Assembly: GCA_946965045.2 (NCBI GenBank)
Contig: OX337242.1
Location: 2,108,001 to 2,172,000 of the forward strand
Source: Epithemia pelagica
Taxonomy: Eukaryota; Protista; Bacillariophyta
Length of the DNA stretch: 64,000 bases
Direction of reading: 5' to 3'
A model generated the notes under the pieces. That model worked only from the letters and a program-made list of their open reading frames with translations, was not told where the DNA came from and made no database searches. Made by a program: the position numbers and the translations under genes. Position 1 is the stretch's first letter; each line of letters begins with the position of its first letter. This document shows, one piece after another, positions 56,526 to 64,000 of this stretch.

Positions 56526-58586
56526 CTAGTTCGGTATCCCTTTGGTCGTTTCGGACGATTGTGCCGATGCGTCATTGCTGGCGGCTGCTTCTGTCGTTGC
56601 AGTTGCAGTAGGAGCCGTCGGCGGCACGACTTGAACAGTGGCGGCGGCACTGTGTTTCCAATCGTCCAACCAGGTACTCCAGGATGGCAATCGTTGATTT
56701 TGCGTATGGACGGTAAAATGAATCACCTTACCAACAATGGCCGCCGTCATGGCTCGGGTCAAGGCTGCCCGCAAATCGGTCGATTGTGCCATGACTCGTT
56801 CCAAATCCTCATGAGACCAAACCAACACGGTACAATCTTCTTGGGCCACAATCGAAAACAGCGCAGTGGGGGTCGTTATAGTAGTAGTAGGACTCGTTGT
56901 CGTCACGGGAGGAGGGTCGGAGGGTCCCCCATGGTTCCCTTCTTGTTGTTGTCGTGGTGGTTTCTTGACGGATTCCCCCATGGGTCCCATGGTTTCATCC
57001 ATGAATTTCGCCAATTCCTCCAAATCTTTGTGGTCGTCATCATCATCATCATCATCATCATCATTGTTTTGGGGTTGTGGAGGTGGTGGTTGTCGTGGTC
57101 GACCGAGTGGAAAGAACCAGACTGGGTCTGTTTTGTTGTTGTTGTTGTTGTGTTGGGGTTCCTTGTGCGTTGCTGTTGTGGCATCCTGGAACCAGGACTG
57201 CCAAAACGAGAACGGTTTGGGTGAGTCCACGGGTTGTCGTGACGAGGTGCTCGTGTCGGGGAACCACCACGACTGCCACCATGCTGGTTGGACGGTGGGT
57301 GGTGGAGGTTTGGGACGATTCCATGGAACCAGCCACTCCCCCCAAACCAAGGACCACGGAGTCGTATGATTTGTTGTCATTGTCGTCGTTGTTTTCGTCG
57401 GTTCTGGTTGGTTTGGTTGGGGGGTAGCGGTCGATGGTTTCTTGGTGGTGGTCATGGTCTTGTTCCAATAGTGTTCCAAAAAGGCCATTTCCCCGACCCA
57501 TGCTCCCGAATCTCCCAATGCCGTGGGGGAAGGTGGAATGGTCGTTGTTCCAGGAGAGGCTTGCCGTGTTTGTTGTGGTTGTGGTGGTGGTTGTCGATTG
57601 CTATCAAAGGAAATGGCCGAGAGATATCGTCCCAATACATTGGCGCGGGTCCGACCTTGGACAATCAAAAACACATGGGTGAGTGCTTGTCCCTTGCGAA
57701 TCAAGACCTGGCCCTTGGGCACGTGCACGGTATGGGCACACTGGAGCAGTGTGGCAAATTGTCGGGGAGTCACACCATGGGGCAAAAAATACTGCGTATA
57801 CCAGGCTTCGTGCGTGGCCTGACGAAACACCCCCATTCCCCTGTGTCGTTCGTGGACAATGCCCACCATCTTGTACCCATTGACACTGGCAAAGGTGGTC
57901 GTCCACGCGACGGTCACGAGGCGGACCGTGGGTTGGACGATTTGAAAAACGAGTCCGGACACATTGCCCAAGAAGGAAAAGAGCCGCAATTCCAAGACAT
58001 CGGTCCGCGTAAAGCCAATCAAGGTACAGATACTTCCCACATGTAACAGGACCACGGCCCAATTCGCGTTCCACCATGTGTGGACACGCTGCCAATATTC
58101 GGCAAAGGTAATGGTTCGACGATACAAGGGTTGATGGGCACAATAGGGGGAACTAAAGGTAAAGGGAATTTCCGGAAGCGTCCCAAACAAGGGCAAGGAA
58201 GGAACCGATGTGGTGGTGGTGGTTGTTTCCGCAAAGGCATGGGCCTGCAAGACTCGTTTCCGTCGTCCTCGAGTGACCTGAATGACGGGAGACCTGTTGT
58301 GGTTGGAACCTCGATGGGTTCGAACGTGATTATAGTAATAATAATAATACTTGGGAGCATGATGATTAGTATGCGACAAGGGTTTGGTGGGACGAAGACG
58401 ACGGGATCCAGCCACCAGCCGTGACCACACGTGGGAGGAGGACAACAACTGGTTCCACCACGACTTGGTCGAAACCGAAAACCACTTGTTGAATTCACCA
58501 CCACCACCACCACCCAGAACCGGTTTGGAGGAGAAGCGCGTTGCTACCAGTCGTCGTGGTCGTCGTCTGGAACTGGAATACATCAT
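56526..58586 (-). CDS. Diverged Popeye/cNMP-like membrane protein paralogue
   Basis: VGSICTLIGFTRTDVLELRLF, YFLPHGVTPRQF, WVGEMAFL, LFSIVAQEDC, LRAALTRAMTAAIVGKV. First ATG at 58586; Arg/Ser-rich N-terminus. Confidence 0.85.
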   Translation of the reverse strand: MMYSSSRRRPRRLVATRFSSKPVLGGGGGGEFNKWFSVSTKSWWNQLLSSSHVWSRLVAGSRRLRPTKPLSHTNHHAPKYYYYYYNHVRTHRGSNHNRSPVIQVTRGRRKRVLQAHAFAETTTTTTSVPSLPLFGTLPEIPFTFSSPYCAHQPLYRRTITFAEYWQRVHTWWNANWAVVLLHVGSICTLIGFTRTDVLELRLFSFLGNVSGLVFQIVQPTVRLVTVAWTTTFASVNGYKMVGIVHERHRGMGVFRQATHEAWYTQYFLPHGVTPRQFATLLQCAHTVHVPKGQVLIRKGQALTHVFLIVQGRTRANVLGRYLSAISFDSNRQPPPQPQQTRQASPGTTTIPPSPTALGDSGAWVGEMAFLEHYWNKTMTTTKKPSTATPQPNQPEPTKTTTTMTTNHTTPWSLVWGEWLVPWNRPKPPPPTVQPAWWQSWWFPDTSTSSRQPVDSPKPFSFWQSWFQDATTATHKEPQHNNNNNKTDPVWFFPLGRPRQPPPPQPQNNDDDDDDDDDDHKDLEELAKFMDETMGPMGESVKKPPRQQQEGNHGGPSDPPPVTTTSPTTTITTPTALFSIVAQEDCTVLVWSHEDLERVMAQSTDLRAALTRAMTAAIVGKVIHFTVHTQNQRLPSWSTWLDDWKHSAAATVQVVPPTAPTATATTEAAASNDASAQSSETTKGIPN

Positions 58587-58898
58587 CCTACCGTGATGAA
58601 ACGAAGAATACACACTTGGAGAGAACGACGACGAGTCTCTGGTTCGTAGAGAGAGACCACGACGACGACGACCGGAGGAATGAGGACGACACAACAAATA
58701 ATGGATCTTCCAAACTCCAAACGGAACAAAGCCGAAAAGATTTTATGTGCGACCCATTATTTATGCGAATTAGAGACGACCGATAGGTCTTAGATCACTT
58801 GGGTCGCACAAAATGGCATCGACGATGTGGCGCGGTCTCTCCATTTTCAACAGAGAGGGGAGCCGAATGTGAGATGATGAGGATGAACATTGAATACG

Positions 58899-60081
58899 AT
58901 GACTCTTCGCACGGCGACGGCGCCTCAACCAGAATCACAAGAGCCTTCCTCTCCGTCCACAAATACAAAATCACCGCATCCCGTAACGCAAATATCAAAT
59001 AATTACAATCTCCAGCAGGAAACAACCAGGAGGATACTGTCTCAAGAAAAAGAGATGGTTTCTAATGCTTTGGAAGACAATTAGAAGAGCTACGAAGAGA
59101 GAAAGGAATTCCTGACGACGACGAGTGGAAACGGCAGTTTTCGAATGGCTTAATCTGGAACGCATATCTTTCAAGATTCCCGAAAAGTTCGTGGAAATTT
59201 TCGTGAATCAGGAGAAGGTAATGATGGACAATGAGAAGGTAATGAGGGACAATGAGAAGGCCATGACGGACAACGAGCGTGACCTCGCGCAATCAGTTGA
59301 TTCTTCTCGGCTACTTCGTTCTTCTGCGACATGCGCCTGTTATGGAGGTCACAAAGAAGAGTGGAACGCTTTCAGGCGCTTATGTCCCGTCCGGTCGGGA
59401 AAAGTGTACAGCATCGCCTTCCGTAGACTATCGGAATAAAGATATCCCCCGAATGTTTGTGTACCGTTGTCAAATGTTGCCAGCAAAACCGAAGACCTTT
59501 CAGTTGCGTGTCCGAATTGCTCTAAATGATTATGTTCGCAATTACAAAAAATGGCTTGAAATTAGAGCTGAAGCGAGCATATTTTCAAACAAACCAGATA
59601 TTCTGGTTGTTGCGTTTGCGGGGTTCCTCGGTCAGCCACTGCTTGCTGTGGAAGTGAAGCAGCCGTGGGACTCGAACAGTCAATGATCGATCCGAAAATC
59701 TGGGGCCAGGTCTATGACTATGCCCAGTTCATGAAACTCCAGGGTCACAACAACCCATTCGTTTTCTATCTTCTTTGCGCGAATCTTTCCTTGCGTGGGA
59801 TCAAGACCATTTCTACTGCGAAGCACAAGCAAAAAGCAACCCCGTCCGTTTCCAACGGGAAAACTTACGCGATTCGAAAGAGTCTCCAGTCCTCGGATGG
59901 TCCGGTCACTCCACCCCCGCGCACGATAGCAGAAGAGCCATTGGATACTAGCACAGGTATCGCAGGTGGGACACAACCTCACGTTAGAGAGTGCAATGGG
60001 AACAGAGTATCGATTGTATCTCATTGTCTTGTTCATGGTCTTTGCGGTTGTGCACCTGTCTCGGTTTCAGAGAGTCAGTAA
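58899..60081 (+). pseudogene. Frameshifted PD-(D/E)XK restriction-endonuclease-fold gene (Crinkler/CR-REase-like) with heptad coiled-coil repeats
   Basis: KPDILVV...LAVEVKQPW, then (frameshift) KIWGQVYDYA; three 21-nt repeats at 59212-59274 encode EKVMMDN-like heptads; several frameshifts and stops. Confidence 0.6.
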
Positions 60082-63000
60082 TTCAGTTCATGTCTCATCA
60101 CAGTGTGTGGAAAGGACCCCAACATAACTCTTGAAACACACATGTCAGTTTCCTCTTGTGACGGTCCTTGGAATGGCCCAGGACATTGTTTTCGTGCAGT
60201 TGCGTCTTTTGCGGATGATGGTTCAACAGTAACGGCACGAAAAAGTCATGGCCTTATTGTCTCATGTTGGTTCTGTCGCCGTGTTTTCGGTCGACATGGA
60301 GAGATTGTACGAGTCCTGCAAGCTGTTGTGGTTGTCGTTGTGGCTCTGTGAGAGAAGGACGACCACTCCAATGGACTGCACACTACTACGACACACCTAG
60401 AGTTCCTCCAAGTCAAGTCTGAATTGTGGTTGTGTGGATCGGTATCGTTCGTGGTGCCGCTGGACCCAAAGAGTTGGGGGAACGACGTAGTAGGTAAACA
60501 CGGACCAGATTCGATCCGTCGTCATTGAGGTCTGACAGTCGTGATACTAGTGGTACTCTAGGATGTATGTTCTTGTGAATTTCATTCGTGCTGCACCATC
60601 CAAAGGCGTGGTTGTCTCGAATAATAATGGATGCTATACGGTGGCACAATCCTCACTGTCGATGATGGTATCCTTGTCGTCGTAGTAAATAATAGCTAGA
60701 GCCATAAAGCGTCAGTGAAAGGGCAAATACGAATGGGTTCTCGCGTATATAATGACAATGATCTTGGGTCGTACCATCTTGTTCATTCGGTCATGATCTT
60801 GGATCAGGGTGGCCAAAATGATTGATGCGGGCCTTTTGTGTGTACCCTGTCGGAACTTCTCGGCATATTATTCCAGAGGTTGTGTTGTAGTGGTGAGATT
60901 CGACTGATATAGTCATTCATGTGTCTCACAGACAGTGGAGACGAAAGCGTTCCACGGAGGAGACAGCACAGCAGGATGTGGTTCAAACAAGTGTGGGGCT
61001 TGGGATTCGATGCGGTGTACCGAGAATGTTGTCATGAATCGGTCGCTGTGGCGATACGAATAGCTAGGAACTGATCGTTGTTTCGAGAAGGAGACTTTGA
61101 CTCGTCTCGCGGACTCTTTTCTCTCTTGATATTGCTATGGACAAAACAAAACACAACGCGAAAAGATTTGTGGAAAGATACGGGGGATCTTGTCATGTAG
61201 ATTATGTGCGACTCACATCCACGAAACTTCGTGCCAAAAGCCTGACCCAGACATGCTGTCGATTTCGTTTCCACCTCAAACGTCTATGGATTCCATAAAA
61301 TCGAAAGATTTCTACAGCAGCAACAATCCATCGTAGGACACGCATGGGTGCAAGGGATAACTTCGGGTTTCTACAAGAGATTATGCTACCTCCCACACAT
61401 TGGAGGGTCGCCAGTTTAGAGGTCCACATCGCCATTTTGGGGCGACGTGGGCGATTAGTTCATAGATGGGCGATCGGGTCACGGGTTACTGTGAACCTTA
61501 ACATAGCTCAGTCCCGCATGACATAGTGACATTGCGAAACTTATTCGGTCCCCTCGAACAAGATCATCCTCTGTAGGACTCACCGCTATGGATCGTCTGG
61601 TTCGACATGAGTTCGCGATCTCAAAAGCAGTTGCTTCTTCCAATGCAACATAACGCTTGCCCATCCACTGTTTGTATCCCACAGGGTAAACCCATTTCCA
61701 AACCCATTCACGGATGACATGCTCTCGGGAATTCCGACTTCCGACACATTAACCACGGCCCTGCTGTAATCCTGGAGAATTGTCTCGTATTGGCTGACTG
61801 GAAAATTCTTTAGCGAAAGTGATTCTCCCCGGCCTTCTCCTTGAAGAAGTCCACATAGTACTTGCAAATGCTTGTTTGTGTCGAGAGCATCGTACTCTTT
61901 CTCCTTGCTTCTTGCAAAACTTCTGGGCTGGTGAGATCCGTAGTCGGTGCTAAACCTTTTAACTCGTCGTCAGGTTTGGTCTGCTGGTAGTCTCCCATAT
62001 CCGATGACAAATTTTGTAATTCCTATTGCATACTCCTGGTGGTTCCGCTCCATTCGTACATCCACCAATCAAACTTCATCCTCCTTGGTGGTTCCGTTTC
62101 ACACGTACGTCCACCGACACAACTTCCTTTCAACATTGTGGTTCAACCAACCCGATGGTTATTTAATCCACAATTCTGCATCTCTCCTGATGGAAAACAA
62201 TAATAGAAAAACCATCTCAATCTCTTTGTGGTTCGGCACAACGATTCTGCTGCTTACTCCACAGGAAAACAGGTTAACAACCAAATGGAATTCAACCAAG
62301 CTCGTGCTTTGTCCAGAACTGTGGTACGGGACGCCAGGACGTTTGCTGCTGGCAACACGGTCAATGTACCTCGGAGCAGGGCTGGTACTGAATCTTTATC
62401 AAATCGTTACCGTCTTTTCATCTGCTTGCTTCTTAGAGCAGGAAGGCCAGTATTTTCCACAATTACCTTACGTTTGGGGGCGATGTCCCCATAGACTGCA
62501 TGTGTCTCTTCGTCTACACCTGCCTTCTCATTCTTAGTTTCTGTCTGCTCACAATGAGCAACATCAGACAGTAAAATCCTTTCATGTCTGGCTCCCGCGT
62601 GTAACAAGAGCTTTGCGACTCATCCCAGGCCATAGCTGCATTTACAGATTTTCAGAGACCCACAGGGTGCGCAACTTTTCATAGCACGACTCGTTGTTGT
62701 CGCAAAACCGTGACGCATACACCACCTTCAGGCTGTGGTTGGCCATTAGTACTGCCCTGTTCGGCTCATTGCTTTATTATCCGCGTACATCATGGCCTCA
62801 GCCTTATGAATCCACTGATAATGGCAACTCTTTCTTGCGCATGAACGCATACTGGATTCCATTCATCAATGTTGTCCCCCCTGGAATTGGTGGGACCATA
62901 ATATGCATGGCTGTTAGGCATTTGCCCGTTGATGTTTGTATTACACACACCATCACACCACGGTGAAACTTGATCGCTTGTCGGCTCACAAGAGCGTCCC

Positions 63001-63391
63001 CGGAAACACATTCCGTTTCCCTTATATTTCTGTTGCCGCACGAGCTTCCTTGCCTCCCACACGTTGCCCCGCCATGGGGCTAACAACGCAACTGTGGTAC
63101 CTGAGGCCTTGTCCTTACACATCCAATATTGGCTACTACCAACAGCTGCTTTCATCAAGAGCACTTCTCGCTATCATTGCCAAAGTTCTCAAACCACAAT
63201 GACCCCTCTTTCTGTTGGATTACATGCACAAATGCCACGCGTTGTGAGTGCATCCCGAAGGCATTATGGCTTTGGTCATTGTTTCATTGATGATTTCTTT
63301 GAAGCAAAGATAATGCGTACAACTACCTCCTCTCACGGAGTGTTCTGCACGATGGGCGCATTGTGCCCCGTTGACATAGCTGTCGGACACA

Positions 63392-63483
63392 GCTTTCACA
63401 GACAAAACGTGTCGCGGTGACATCAACTTGCATGATGCAGTCACAGACAAAATGCTTTCACAGACAAAACGTGTCACAGTGAC
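63392..63483 (+). repeat. 30-bp direct repeat (63392-63421 and 63454-63483) with a partial third copy
   Basis: GCTTTCACAGACAAAACGTGTC(G/A)C(G/A)GTGAC. Confidence 0.8.
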
Positions 63484-64000
63484 TTGGATTGACATGCTTC
63501 GATTGACTGGGGTTGCAACATTCCCCCCTTGACCGGTGCATATATGCACGGGTCATGTGGTGCAACAAAGTGTGGCGACAACAAAGTGATGGCCCCAGCG
63601 CAACGTTCTTATTGTTTTAGACGAACATTGCAGCTTGCACAAAATTATGGTTCAACGCCATCGCACCACAAAGTGACTGGAACATGTCACATTCTTCACA
63701 TTACGTTTTCTTGTTGTACATCACAACGATTTATGCTTCATGGGTGTCTTACAGGGCCTTATCTGCCCGCACCAATGTTCATAGAGATAGTATAGGGACT
63801 AGCAACTTCAATGATTTGATAATCCATTGCTCCAACGGTTTCAGAGATCGCATGTAATTGACAGCGCAACAGAACACAGTGTTCACGCAGTACCAGGCGC
63901 AGGAAACGTTGTCTTTGTCAACAGGCCCTCGTAATTCGATACTATTACGGGCGTTGTATCTTCGCATCATAATGGAGGGTCATCACCTTGAAGTGACATC

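Overview
Eukaryotic nuclear DNA, most likely a pennate diatom (inference from short GT-AG introns, a Ty1/copia pol fragment of the diatom CoDi type, an ASAFAP-like plastid targeting motif and a diatom-style HMG box). 1-15 kb is ordinary: HMG-box protein, MAD2, thioredoxin, GT92-like glycosyltransferase, DCN1-like protein and a long disordered protein. 15.4-50.6 kb is a rearranged accessory region. It holds (i) a RAG1/Transib-like DDE transposase gene (about 1000 codons, one in-frame TGA) with a CAC-starting 21-bp terminal inverted repeat and a convergent small ORF, fused head-to-head to a copia RT/RNase H fragment; (ii) a five-unit, ~5.08-kb tandem array whose junctions are the other end of that same transposon (inverted TIR followed by TCCAG), with a TCCAG-TG-TCCAG footprint at the array start; (iii) a two-exon orphan gene family (7 copies) that the ORF track only shows in part, co-amplified with a Popeye/cNMP-binding membrane protein that has lost its 5' end in four of five copies. 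51-58.6 kb holds a probably plastid-targeted OB-fold methyltransferase, a membrane protein, a P450 pseudogene fragment and an older Popeye paralogue. 58.9-64 kb is degenerate (PD-(D/E)XK nuclease pseudogene and unclassified relics). No rRNA, tRNA or CRISPR array was recognised. All alignments were done by eye; no database searches were run.
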